A stretch of 41,922 bases of DNA from a virus (taxonomy: Duplodnaviria; Caudoviricetes): the IMG/VR virus record IMGVR_UViG_3300020045_006056, positions 1 through 41,922 of that record; one strand, given 5' to 3'. This document shows, piece after piece, positions 1-8,667 of this stretch. The position numbers were made by a program, and so were the translations under genes. Below the pieces are notes generated by a model, which saw only the letters and a program-made list of their open reading frames with translations, had not been told where the DNA came from and ran no database searches. Positions within the stretch are counted from its first letter, which is position 1. Every line of letters starts with the position of its first letter.

Positions 1-968
1 CTGATGCCTGACCCTGCTGAAATCTCAGCCAAGTCAGCATCGAAGAAGCTTTTAAGCTCTGGCAAGTCCTGATTCAGCGTTGTAACATCCATGCCGCCAA
101 GATACGGCACTGAGTCAAAGCTGGTGTGCATATCGCTGATTGCTTCGATCAGCGCTTCCATTTCTGGCTCAGTAGGGGCCTGCCCAGCAGTTTCAGCCAA
201 AGCCTTGAGTATTGGCCGGGCCGCACAAATACGCCACGCACCCTCACCGCCTGCACCGCGCTTCTTCTCCCAGTCGATTAAGGCATTAAACACAGGCTCG
301 ATTGCTGATTCGCCGTAAATTGTGCGCCCGATTGCGCCCTCGTTGCGGATAAGTACGCGGGTGTAGTGAACAGTAAACGAATCGCCTCCGTCACGCTGAT
401 TGGGCTTAAACACGCCTCGGTTGTTGTAGGTGTAATCAAGTGGCAGGCCGTAGCGTGGTGATTGCTGGTTGCTATCGATGGTACCGGGGATAAGCTGCCC
501 CTCCCAAAACGGCATAAACTCCACAACGTCATCAAGATTGATGCTATTTGGCTCAAGTGGCTTTGATAGTGGCTGACCATCGCGCACAAACACAATCATT
601 CCGCCATAGTGTCCAACGCGCTGCGTCCGGTCAGCGTCTTTGCACGAACGCCAGTACCCGGTACGCTCTGCAAATTGCTTGAACTGCTCGCTTTCTTCTT
701 CGGTTTTGGCGTCTTTGACCATCGGATGAGTAAGCCAGCACAGGTTAACAGGCAGATTCACCACGGCATGAGCCAAACCGATTCGATCATAGGCTTGCTT
801 GTAGTACCAAAAATCCATCTGAAGCGGCCAGCCGTACTCGCCGTAGCTCTTACTGTGCTTTGGGCCGAATAGGTGGCTTGTCATGCCTGAGTTGTAAAAT
901 GGCAACCGGCGCATAACTGAGTTTAGCGCCAGCTGTTTAGTGGTTGGTCGATAATGGGGCTTGCTCAT
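1..968 (-). CDS. Portal protein (DUF1073-like), N-terminal part; runs off the window edge
   Basis: Manually translated ORF missing from the ORF track: ATG at 968, MSKPHYRPTTKQLALNSV...YGEYGWP...RVGHYGG...SPRYGLP...GAGGEGAW; open to position 1; lies downstream of terL; continues in the homologous copy at 41173-41829 (about 456 aa joined). Confidence 0.9.
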   Translation of the reverse strand, partial: MSKPHYRPTTKQLALNSVMRRLPFYNSGMTSHLFGPKHSKSYGEYGWPLQMDFWYYKQAYDRIGLAHAVVNLPVNLCWLTHPMVKDAKTEEESEQFKQFAERTGYWRSCKDADRTQRVGHYGGMIVFVRDGQPLSKPLEPNSINLDDVVEFMPFWEGQLIPGTIDSNQQSPRYGLPLDYTYNNRGVFKPNQRDGGDSFTVHYTRVLIRNEGAIGRTIYGESAIEPVFNALIDWEKKRGAGGEGAWRICAARPILKALAETAGQAPTEPEMEALIEAISDMHTSFDSVPYLGGMDVTTLNQDLPELKSFFDADLAEISAGSGI

Positions 969-1038
969 TGCAGATCCTGCTCAGATGATATGTTGGCAGT
1001 ATAGGCGAATGAGATTGTAAAAAAAAGCTGGTGTTATT

Positions 1039-1632
1039 TTATCCCCACTGCTCGGCCATTGCATTTGCAACACCTTGGTAGGTGGTGCTTCTCAACTTCC
1101 AGCGGTCAGCGCTTGGAGGCAGGTAGTGCAGCCTCTGGCGCTCATTGTCTGGCAGTAACATCATTTCTGCCTTGACGTTATTTGTTTCAGCAAGCAGCGG
1201 CAAGCCTTTCAGCCAAAGGCAGGTGGCCTTTTGCTCCATATGCCCAAACATCCAAGGCTGTATTACTTGGCTTTGCTTTACGCCACCTATGCGCTCTTTT
1301 GCGTATTTGTGCATAATTGGGTTTTCAATGCAAATCTTTGGAATGTCTGCATTTAGCAGCGCCTTAAAAAATGCAGCACCTTCATCTAAAAGCGCCCATC
1401 TTTCAGGGTCCTTATGTAGGTGACAAACACCACTGTTTGTCAGGTAGGTGCATGGCGGGTGCGCTATCATCAGATCAAAGCCATCGTTGATAATGTCAAA
1501 AATATCACCCTGATAATGCGGACCGAAATCGCTGTCTGATGGAAGCAGATCGCAGCTGATAGCATCATGCCCTTTTCTGATAAACGCATCACGAACCCGG
1601 CCCGAATACTCACAAGCAACAAGAACTTTCAT
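1039..1632 (-). CDS. Short phage C5-cytosine DNA methyltransferase-like protein (moron between terL and portal)
   Basis: MKVLVACEYSG SAM-binding-like start, AHPPC catalytic motif, IENP motif; own promoter upstream. Confidence 0.75.
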   Translation of the reverse strand: MKVLVACEYSGRVRDAFIRKGHDAISCDLLPSDSDFGPHYQGDIFDIINDGFDLMIAHPPCTYLTNSGVCHLHKDPERWALLDEGAAFFKALLNADIPKICIENPIMHKYAKERIGGVKQSQVIQPWMFGHMEQKATCLWLKGLPLLAETNNVKAEMMLLPDNERQRLHYLPPSADRWKLRSTTYQGVANAMAEQWG

Positions 1633-1663
1633 AACTCACCTATTTTTTATTTATCAAGCCACG

Positions 1664-1692
1664 ACTATAGCAATTAACAGCAAATCTGTAAA
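1664..1692 (-). promoter_or_regulatory. Sigma70-like promoter of the methyltransferase moron
   Basis: TTTACA-17 bp-TATAGT with TG extension; overlaps CAGATTTGCTG (1678-1688). Confidence 0.65.
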
Positions 1693-1699
1693 CGAATAT

Positions 1700-2941
1700 T
1701 TATCGCTGCCGCTTGTATACCTTGATTGTGGGTTTATTATTCTTGATCCGATGCTCAACTGCATAGCGCAAGCTGTCGATAAAGTGGTTAAAATCATCAA
1801 CAGGCTTATTCAGCGCTTTGCCTTCCTTGTCCTTATCCCAGCAGTAGTTGTTAAACTCGGTCATAAATTCCACCAGGTGCGAGTTCACTACGATTTCGTA
1901 CTCAAGCAAAAAGTCTATCCCGGCATTAACCGAGTCTTTACCCTTCATGGCCCCGCGAATTTTTACGCCTTTGCCTGCTATGTAGTCGATTGATTTAGGC
2001 TCTGAGCTGTCGGCCGTGGTGATTGTTTTGTGCGCCAGCATTTCTTTTATGCGATCAGCAATAGCCTGGTTGCTTAGCCCCTTCTCATAAAAACCGTCAT
2101 ACACATAAATACGCTTATTCACTTCATCCACATAGGACTGATTGAATGCGCTTGGATCGTTTGTATAGCCAAAGTCCAGGCCCTGCACTACGTCCAGCCC
2201 TTCAACTTCTTCTGGCCTGATTAAGCGCTGCGTTACCCTGTTAAACACCAAACCTTCAGCCGTACCCCAGTTGCCCAAAGCATAAATGTTGTAATAGCGC
2301 GGATTGGTCTTTTTCTTGTTTTCCATAACCATCTTGTACTCTGCATCAATAAACGCATTGTCCAAGTAGGTTGTTTTTAGTGTAAAAGTTCCATCTATCG
2401 GATCATCAAAGAATATCTTTTTAATCCAGTGCTGCTCGCTGATGGGGTTCAGTGTCAGGATGATTTGCTTTAGCGCTCCAGTGTTGCCCCGCAAACGTAA
2501 GTCCAGCTGCTCAAAATCTTCCTGTGTCAGCTCTGTGGCTTCTTCGCACCAGATAGAGGTGACACCCTCGATTGACTTCAGCTTCTCCACATCATCCAGG
2601 CCGCTAAACATGATCTGCGCCCCAGTCGGGCGATAGATGATAGTTTTGTCAGTCAGGTTAATATCAAACTCTTTGACCAAGCCCCACTTGCTGATGATGT
2701 TACGCATAAGCGTAAACACTGAGCGCTTAATGGTGCGGTCAACTTTACGGATGATCAGGAAATTGTGTTTTACGTGGCTTTCTTTTAGCAGCCGGTACAG
2801 GATTTTCCTTGCGACTATGTGCGATTTGCCGGAACCTGCACCGCCCCAGCAAATTTGATAACGTGACTGATCGACAAATAGCGGAACGAAAGCCGGAGAC
2901 TTTTCTTTAACGTACTTTCTGAACTCGGCAAGGTTTACCAT
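1700..2941 (-). CDS. terL: Terminase large subunit (PBSX/SPP1-like)
   Basis: Walker A GGAGSGKS, Walker B WCEEATE, LTLNP coupling motif, nuclease GLDFGYTNDP and NHFIDSLRYA. Confidence 0.95.
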   Translation of the reverse strand: MVNLAEFRKYVKEKSPAFVPLFVDQSRYQICWGGAGSGKSHIVARKILYRLLKESHVKHNFLIIRKVDRTIKRSVFTLMRNIISKWGLVKEFDINLTDKTIIYRPTGAQIMFSGLDDVEKLKSIEGVTSIWCEEATELTQEDFEQLDLRLRGNTGALKQIILTLNPISEQHWIKKIFFDDPIDGTFTLKTTYLDNAFIDAEYKMVMENKKKTNPRYYNIYALGNWGTAEGLVFNRVTQRLIRPEEVEGLDVVQGLDFGYTNDPSAFNQSYVDEVNKRIYVYDGFYEKGLSNQAIADRIKEMLAHKTITTADSSEPKSIDYIAGKGVKIRGAMKGKDSVNAGIDFLLEYEIVVNSHLVEFMTEFNNYCWDKDKEGKALNKPVDDFNHFIDSLRYAVEHRIKNNKPTIKVYKRQR

Positions 2942-3474
2942 TCATGTGAGCCATCATCTGCAACTTTGATTGTATGGTCTACGCGCTCAATAAACGCACC
3001 GACAGTGCGCCCGATCAACTCCAGGTTGCGAACCTTATCTGGCCACTTAATCTTTTTCAACACCGCACTCATTTTCTCATCGTCACCATTTGCGCCGGAC
3101 ATTTCGACCACTTCCATTCCAGACAAATACTGTCGCCAAACTTTAGGCCATGCCCGTATTGGCTTGATGCTGCCGTCATCGTTCAGGATGTCCAAGGCAT
3201 CCATCTGGTCAATCTCAACCAGTCGATTAAGCACATAGTCGCGATTTATGACTGCCTTCTCTGCCGCCATTTCGCGCAACTCACTCACCCGCGCATCAAC
3301 ATGCGGACGCGCACGGATCCGGCTTGCTGTCTCGTGCCGAGTCTTGTCGGTCATCTTGCCTTGATACACGCGCTTGTGCGCTTCAAACAGGCTTATAGCT
3401 CGCCCATCTTCATCAACGCCAGTTACGACCTCAACAGCAAACCTTTCCTCTTTTTCTATGCACTTTCTGACCAT
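2935..3474 (-). CDS. terS: Terminase small subunit
   Basis: VLNRLVEIDQMDALDIL...KKIKWPDKVRNLELIG pattern typical of TerS; overlaps terL start. Confidence 0.9.
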   Translation of the reverse strand: MVRKCIEKEERFAVEVVTGVDEDGRAISLFEAHKRVYQGKMTDKTRHETASRIRARPHVDARVSELREMAAEKAVINRDYVLNRLVEIDQMDALDILNDDGSIKPIRAWPKVWRQYLSGMEVVEMSGANGDDEKMSAVLKKIKWPDKVRNLELIGRTVGAFIERVDHTIKVADDGSHEW

Positions 3475-3523
3475 AATTCTGCCCCATAGTTACCACTCAA
3501 CTTTAACACAGGTTTAGATAATT

Positions 3524-3574
3524 CACATCATCTGGCAAATAAAGCTTGATTAAGTGACAGATTATCTGTATTTT
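3524..3574 (+). promoter_or_regulatory. Moron promoter with two CASAT-N-ATSTG boxes
   Basis: CACATCATCTG 3524-3534, AAATAAAGCTTG 3537-3548, TTGATT-17-TATTTT, CAGATTATCTG 3558-3568. Confidence 0.7.
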
Positions 3575-3609
3575 TAGTTGGTGTTTAATTAAAAAAAGGT
3601 TGTGAATTC

Positions 3610-4380
3610 ATGGGCCATTACGACGATATTCGAGAAGCGAGAGAATTAGCAAACTTGCACTCAAAAGACTACATCACAGACAAGATTTGCTTGATGCAAG
3701 GTGATTGTCTTGAGCGCATGAAAGAAATCCCAAGTGGTTCAGTTGATATGATTTTGACTGATCCTCCCTATGGTACCACAGCATGCAAGTGGGATTCTCC
3801 GATACCATTAAAGCCAATGTGGGAGCAATTGAGGCGAATAATTAAGCCTAATGGCGCTATTGTTATGACGGCAAGTCAGCCATTTACAAGCATCTTGGGC
3901 GCGTCAAATATTGATGGCTTGAGATATTCTTGGGTTTGGGAAAAAACCGCAGCTACAGGTCACTTAAACGCAAAAAGAATGCCGATGAAAAATGCTGAGG
4001 ACGTTTTAGTTTTTTATTCTAAACAGCCAATCTACAACCCGCAAAATATCATGCCTTTTAATAAAATCACAAGGCGTGGAAATAATGGAGATTGCTATGG
4101 GAAAATCGGCTCTGAGAATATGCAAGAATTTACAAACTACCCTCGAACAATTCAAAAGTTTGCAAGCGAAGGCAAAACCGTTCACAGCACTCAAAAGCCA
4201 GTGGCTCTTATGGAGTATTTAATTAACACCTACACCAATCACGGCGAAACTGTTTTAGATTTTACGATGGGTAGCGGCACAACAGGAGTGGCAGCCAGCA
4301 ATCTTGGCCGCAAATTCATTGGTATCGAGTTAGATCAGAAATACTTTGATATTGCCAAGCAGCGCATTACAAGAAACTAA
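3610..4380 (+). CDS. N6-adenine/N4-cytosine DNA methyltransferase, beta class (moron)
   Basis: TDPPY catalytic motif precedes HSTQKPVAL and LDFTMGSGTT SAM-binding motif. Confidence 0.92.
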   Translation: MGHYDDIREARELANLHSKDYITDKICLMQGDCLERMKEIPSGSVDMILTDPPYGTTACKWDSPIPLKPMWEQLRRIIKPNGAIVMTASQPFTSILGASNIDGLRYSWVWEKTAATGHLNAKRMPMKNAEDVLVFYSKQPIYNPQNIMPFNKITRRGNNGDCYGKIGSENMQEFTNYPRTIQKFASEGKTVHSTQKPVALMEYLINTYTNHGETVLDFTMGSGTTGVAASNLGRKFIGIELDQKYFDIAKQRITRN

Positions 4381-4673
4381 ACCTCGCCCCGCTTAATCTG
4401 CTGCTGAAGCTTCTTCACTTCAAGCCGCTTAATTCGAAAGGAATAATAACGCTCAAGGACGAGCAGAATAACCGCGATATAAGACAGGGCTGACATGTAC
4501 GGAAAACTCATAACCCCGTTAACAACTGACTGCATCCATTCCGGCAAGGCGCTCTGCCATGTGTCGGCGATATTCAAGGCAACAGCAGAAGTGCCAACCG
4601 TAGTTATTAGCGCCCTTAACGGGCTATGCACATAAGCGTCAAAGTTAGTCGTTAGCACTTCTATCATTCTCAC
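4377..4673 (-). CDS. Small membrane protein, holin-like
   Basis: Hydrophobic helices followed by a highly basic C-terminus (RIKRLEVKKLQQQIKR). Confidence 0.5.
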   Translation of the reverse strand: MRMIEVLTTNFDAYVHSPLRALITTVGTSAVALNIADTWQSALPEWMQSVVNGVMSFPYMSALSYIAVILLVLERYYSFRIKRLEVKKLQQQIKRGEV

Positions 4674-4857
4674 GGTCGGCTTGCCTTAGTTTGTTCACCA
4701 TCTTCGCTTTCGCATAGATTAGCGCCAGAGCTGGCAAAAGTAAAATTCCGTGAACCATTTGCTGGAAGGTGATCTGATCAATGCAGCAGGCGGCTATTAA
4801 GCCCAGCACCCAGGATAAAGCGGCTATTGTAATGATTCGCACGTTTGCCGCCTCCAT
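4645..4857 (-). CDS. Small two-TM membrane protein
   Basis: Two hydrophobic segments; GGAGG upstream of an internal GTG (about 4842) may mark the true start; overlaps both neighbours. Confidence 0.5.
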   Translation of the reverse strand: MEAANVRIITIAALSWVLGLIAACCIDQITFQQMVHGILLLPALALIYAKAKMVNKLRQADRENDRSAND

Positions 4858-5245
4858 GTGTGGGCCTGAAAAGATGATAGATGATGAATAAGTCTAAAGC
4901 GTTTATCGCGTATGGGTAGGCCTGATAAATAAAAGTCACTCTATCCGGCCACAGCAAGAAATCCACCGCACCCAGCCAGTTTATGAAACCAATGCACACT
5001 AATGCCTGACGGATTTGTGATAAAAGTTTGATATTGATGCCAGCATTGAGGCTAAACAGCACTGCCATAGCTAAGCAAGCATAGAATCCTGTCGGGGTCA
5101 TGACAAAGGCCACCTTGCCCAGCACAGAGAAGAACAGCACCGCACCAGCCCCAAGATTAAACCTGCTGCCGTCAGCGCTAAATAAAAAAGCCGCAACGAA
5201 TGCGGCATTTCTTAATATATCCAAGTCACTTGGCGACAGGATCAC
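4778..5245 (-). CDS. Multi-pass membrane protein (about 4-5 TM), unknown function
   Basis: 155-aa hydrophobic ORF, GTG start overlapping the upstream peptide ORF. Confidence 0.6.
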   Translation of the reverse strand: MILSPSDLDILRNAAFVAAFLFSADGSRFNLGAGAVLFFSVLGKVAFVMTPTGFYACLAMAVLFSLNAGINIKLLSQIRQALVCIGFINWLGAVDFLLWPDRVTFIYQAYPYAINALDLFIIYHLFRPTHGGGKRANHYNSRFILGAGLNSRLLH

Positions 5246-5306
5246 TTTTCTTTTCCTGCTCTTGCTGTTTTGGCGGGTCTTTAGGTTTCTGTTCGCTTAC
5301 GGCCAT
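5226..5306 (-). CDS. 26-aa charged peptide MAVSEQKPKDPPKQQEQEKKSDPVAK
   Basis: Strong SD (TAAGGAG) 8 nt before ATG; below the ORF track cutoff. Confidence 0.55.
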   Translation of the reverse strand: MAVSEQKPKDPPKQQEQEKKSDPVAK

Positions 5307-5367
5307 GCTGGTAACTCCTTATGAATGAGCATCAACTATAAACTCTATCACCGCCAAATTCCAGCCG

Positions 5368-5393
5368 AAAAAAAGCCCACAATAAAGTGGGCT
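5368..5393 (-). terminator. Intrinsic terminator after rusA
   Basis: AGCCCAC/GTGGGCT stem followed by T-run on the minus strand. Confidence 0.75.
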
Positions 5394-5434
5394 AAAGGTC
5401 AGGTGAGTTATGAATTCGGATTGAGCATAACCAA

Positions 5435-5788
5435 CTATCCGATGGTTTGCAAATCCACTTCACACAATCCACCTTTCGTGACCGGTCCGCGCCGGACTAT
5501 CAGCACATCGATCTGGCTATCATCCTCATATACTCCGGCATGTTGTAGCGCATCTAACAGGCTTTTACATCTGTTATCTAAGTCGTTCTTGCCTTTGGTG
5601 GCAAAGTGCAAATTAACCTCAAGCTGCAGCCGCCCCTCAATGAAACTCACTCTCTGCAGTATCACCTGATCTTTGACCTCTTTCCTGTACTTCCTGCCAC
5701 TCTCAGAGATCAACACCTTGCCACGGCCTAAGCTGCGGTAATAGCTGTTGATGCTTGGTGGCATTGGCAGGGCAAATTGCTGCTTCAT
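5435..5788 (-). CDS. rusA: RusA-family Holliday junction resolvase
   Basis: LPMPPSINSYYR, DLDNRCKSLLDALQHAGVYEDDSQI; start reassigned to ATG 5788. Confidence 0.92.
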   Translation of the reverse strand: MKQQFALPMPPSINSYYRSLGRGKVLISESGRKYRKEVKDQVILQRVSFIEGRLQLEVNLHFATKGKNDLDNRCKSLLDALQHAGVYEDDSQIDVLIVRRGPVTKGGLCEVDLQTIG

Positions 5789-6633
5789 TTTGACTCCAGC
5801 AAGCGAAGCGGTCCCGCCGCGTAAAGCCGATGAATCGCATGCTCTACGCATGGGTTTAATTTCACTGATTTATCATCACCAATTTTTGCTGCATCCATGG
5901 CAGCATTAATGACTTTTTCTTTCTCCAGCTCAGCTTTGCGCGTGGCGTGATCTAGTGGGTAGTAAAAATCTAGACTGGCAACACCCATGCAATATTCTGT
6001 ATCGCTACCATCCGAAATATTGGCAAGCATCTTTTCTTTGCCAATGTACAGAATGACACTTTCAGTCATCACGCCAGAATCATCAAATAACAAGCTTTCA
6101 CCAATAGGAGGGTTTGCAGTGCGCTTATTGGTTTCATAATCCCACCAATCACCCCGCGACACTTCTTCGACAGGCTCAACCGCTGGCGTTTGCAGATAGC
6201 TTGTGTCGGCTGGTTTGTAGCGCTGGTCGGTGATTTTGAATAAGACAACTGAAGACCATTTCCAAGCCGCCACATAACCACCTGTTAAATCTGAGCACCA
6301 GCCTACAGTATCATCTTTCACTGAGCATATAATATCACCCGCCAACTCAGGCCGCTTGCCATTAGTCGGATACTCTACGCCCCAACGATAGCCGTTGATG
6401 AAGCCTAGCTCTTTGGCGCGCTGGGTGAATTGGTCTTTTGTGCAAATAAATACCCAATAATCATTTGATTCAGAGCTATAGCAACCAAAATCAAATACAG
6501 ACAATGGCTGATGGGTGGTATTTTTTGGCCCTGAAACTTTTAAAAACTTACCACTCACTGATGGCCACTCACCACCATTCTCAACGATGGCTTTATCTAA
6601 AAAATACACATTGTTTAGCATTTCGTTATTCAT
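5785..6633 (-). CDS. Hypothetical phage protein
   Basis: 282-aa ORF coupled to neighbours by 4-nt overlaps. Confidence 0.7.
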   Translation of the reverse strand: MNNEMLNNVYFLDKAIVENGGEWPSVSGKFLKVSGPKNTTHQPLSVFDFGCYSSESNDYWVFICTKDQFTQRAKELGFINGYRWGVEYPTNGKRPELAGDIICSVKDDTVGWCSDLTGGYVAAWKWSSVVLFKITDQRYKPADTSYLQTPAVEPVEEVSRGDWWDYETNKRTANPPIGESLLFDDSGVMTESVILYIGKEKMLANISDGSDTEYCMGVASLDFYYPLDHATRKAELEKEKVINAAMDAAKIGDDKSVKLNPCVEHAIHRLYAAGPLRLLESK

Positions 6634-6815
6634 AACATTCTCCTATTTAATCTATCTCTAACAAGCTGCCTCAAGTCATCCGGCAATGCGGCGACTATCT
6701 TGCGTATTTCTTGTTGACTTTTCTCTTTAGTTCTGAGCTGGTGCATATACAAGCAGTCCAGCTTATTCGCCTCAATCGCCAGTCTTTGCTCTGGCGTGAG
6801 GTTGCATAGGTTCAT
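6630..6815 (-). CDS. Hypothetical protein (DUF3283-like)
   Basis: MNLCNLTPEQRLAIEANK...RDRLN pattern; ATGA overlaps. Confidence 0.55.
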   Translation of the reverse strand: MNLCNLTPEQRLAIEANKLDCLYMHQLRTKEKSQQEIRKIVAALPDDLRQLVRDRLNRRML

Positions 6816-7048
6816 TCAAAGGACCACGCTTCAACATAGCTAATCGGGTCGCCTTTCTCGTCAACGAATCTCCAGTATGTATCTCCATCTTTTCTTGTTT
6901 TGAAGTGCTGTTTGCCTTTGTAGTTTTTTCTGTAACCCTTAATTTTCCAAGCGCCCCAGCAGCCACTGCCATGCAAACAAATAAGCTTATCGGCTGGCGG
7001 CGGACATGTATTTGGATTGTTCTTTGTTTTTAAGTCAAGCAGCTGCAT
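6812..7048 (-). CDS. Hypothetical protein, first gene of the leftward operon
   Basis: SD AGGAGAG before ATG; downstream of leftward promoter. Confidence 0.7.
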   Translation of the reverse strand: MQLLDLKTKNNPNTCPPPADKLICLHGSGCWGAWKIKGYRKNYKGKQHFKTRKDGDTYWRFVDEKGDPISYVEAWSFE

Positions 7049-7095
7049 CTTAACTCTCCTGGTTGGTTCAAATTTGTTTTCGTCGAAAATCTACG

Positions 7096-7129
7096 TTGAC
7101 AGTATCTGCAATCACTTCTACTATGTCAA
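7096..7129. promoter_or_regulatory. Interlocked divergent sigma70 promoters
   Basis: Plus: TTGACA(7096)-17-TACTAT; minus: TTGACA(7129)-17-GATACT. Confidence 0.8.
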
Positions 7130-7158
7130 GCGAACCCGATAACTATTTAGGAATAAAC

Positions 7159-7350
7159 ATGTTTACAATTGAACAAATCATAGAGGCATTAAGAGATCGC
7201 AGCCTTAAAAAGGTGGCTGAATCAACAGGGCTTTCTTATGACACTGTTTGGCGCGTTGCCAATGGCAAGGCTCTGAAGCCAAGCCATGACACAATCAGCA
7301 AGCTGAGCAATTACCTGAAAAGCCGGGCTATAGAAATTAAGGCGGATTAG
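7159..7350 (+). CDS. Cro-like XRE HTH regulator
   Basis: SLKKVAESTGLSYDTVWRVANGK...PS HTH; ATG 7159 preferred; directly upstream of the replication initiator. Confidence 0.8.
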   Translation: MFTIEQIIEALRDRSLKKVAESTGLSYDTVWRVANGKALKPSHDTISKLSNYLKSRAIEIKAD

Positions 7351-7352
7351 TT

Positions 7353-8171
7353 ATGGCCAGAATTAGAACAGTAAAGCCAGAGCTTTTTAGGCATGGCGGA
7401 TTGTACGATCTGGAGTGTGAAACAGGCTTACCAATAAGACTGGCTTTTATAGGGCTGTTTACTTCGTGCGACAGAAATGGTCGGTTCAAGTGGAAGCCAA
7501 GGGAGCTAAAGCTCGACTGTTTACCGCATGACAATATTGAGTTTTCACGCGTACTTGACGCGTTGCTATCGCGTGGATTCATTTTGCAGTACGAGAATTC
7601 AGGCGTGATTTACGGGTGCATTCCGACCTTCACAGTGCATCAGGTTATCAATAACAAGGAAAAAGCGACAGATGCACCATGCCCATACAGTGAAGGCTCT
7701 CAAATAATTGATTTTAATGATTATTTAACGCGTGATTCACGCGATGCTCACGCGTACCTGTCGCCACTTAATCTAGAACAAGGGGAAAGGAAGGGAAAGG
7801 AAGGGAAGGGAAAGGAAGGGAAGGGAAAGGAAATATGTCAGCAAGCTGACGATGTTGTGATTATTTTTGATTACTGGTGTCAGGTAATGAATAAGACAGG
7901 CAATGCAAAGCTAACAGCGAAAAGAGAAAAAGCCATTATTAATCGTCTGACCGAAGGCTATACGGTCGATCACATTAGGCAGGCAATCGACGGATGTAAG
8001 CGCAGCCCTTTTCACATGGGGCAGAACGAAAATAAAACTGTCTATGACGATCTTGAGCTGATCTGCCGTGATGGTGGCAACCTTGAAAAGTTTGCGCTAA
8101 ACGTAGGGGCCGGGCAAAACGGATTAGCAACATCAATCCAGGGTTATGAGGATTTTGTAAATGAGCACTAG
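7353..8171 (+). CDS. Phage replication initiator protein
   Basis: MARIRTVKPE N-terminus, GKE-repeat linker, C-terminal helical domain; upstream of helicase genes. Confidence 0.85.
   Translation: MARIRTVKPELFRHGGLYDLECETGLPIRLAFIGLFTSCDRNGRFKWKPRELKLDCLPHDNIEFSRVLDALLSRGFILQYENSGVIYGCIPTFTVHQVINNKEKATDAPCPYSEGSQIIDFNDYLTRDSRDAHAYLSPLNLEQGERKGKEGKGKEGKGKEICQQADDVVIIFDYWCQVMNKTGNAKLTAKREKAIINRLTEGYTVDHIRQAIDGCKRSPFHMGQNENKTVYDDLELICRDGGNLEKFALNVGAGQNGLATSIQGYEDFVNEH
7545..7833. repeat. Probable replication origin: CGCG-core iterons, AT-rich patch, polypurine tract
   Basis: CGCG cores at 7548/7559/7570 and 7729/7740/7751 (11-bp period); AT-rich 7701-7728; purine-only 7780-7833. Confidence 0.65.
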
Positions 8172-8667
8172 AAAAAAATTTGCTGATGAATTCTTGCTGA
8201 CTTGCTTGGCGTATGAAAAGGAGTTCAAAACAGAGCTGGCTAACCTGTACTTTGCTGACCTTCAGCGTTACGGGATTGACCAAGTTGTTTTTGCTCTGCA
8301 ATCGCACCGCACCGATCCAGACCGTGGCCGCTTCTTTCCTAAGGTTGCCGATGTGGTTTATCAGATTGGACAGCAAAACAAAAAGCCGGACACTACGCCA
8401 GAGATCGAGTGGTTCAAGGTGCTGAAAGCTGCGTCCAATGGCAGAAAGCCAGCAACAGACAACCAGGCTACGCTTGCAGCGCTCCAAATGGTTGGCGGGT
8501 GCAATGCAGTGGGTTATGCAGATCAAGCCGATGTGGTTCGTTTGAAGCGGTCATTTATGGACGCTTACAAAGCTATTGAGCAGGCTTCTCCTAATGACTT
8601 ACCGCCAGAGTTGGAAAATATCAGCGCTTTGATTGAGCAAAAAACAGGAGTTCAGATCCGTGATTGA
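8161..8667 (+). CDS. DUF6475-like replication-associated protein (possible helicase loader/inhibitor)
   Basis: DPDRGRFFPKVAD motif and ALQMVGG; between initiator and helicase. Confidence 0.7.
   Translation: MSTRKKFADEFLLTCLAYEKEFKTELANLYFADLQRYGIDQVVFALQSHRTDPDRGRFFPKVADVVYQIGQQNKKPDTTPEIEWFKVLKAASNGRKPATDNQATLAALQMVGGCNAVGYADQADVVRLKRSFMDAYKAIEQASPNDLPPELENISALIEQKTGVQIRD

Noticed and set aside
1-254. Direct terminal repeat with 41576-41829
   Set aside because: Only about 77% identical; a true terminal redundancy would be exact
91-872. ORF-track entries 91-318, 278-595 and 609-872
   Set aside because: Shadow frames of the portal gene, which the track missed because it runs off the edge
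1-968. Anti-CBASS Acb1 label sometimes attached to DUF1073 proteins
   Set aside because: Position, size (about 456 aa joined) and motifs fit a portal; no fused 2H-phosphodiesterase domain is visible
7780-7833. CRISPR-like or satellite array
   Set aside because: No spacers; simple purine repeat encoding a GKE linker
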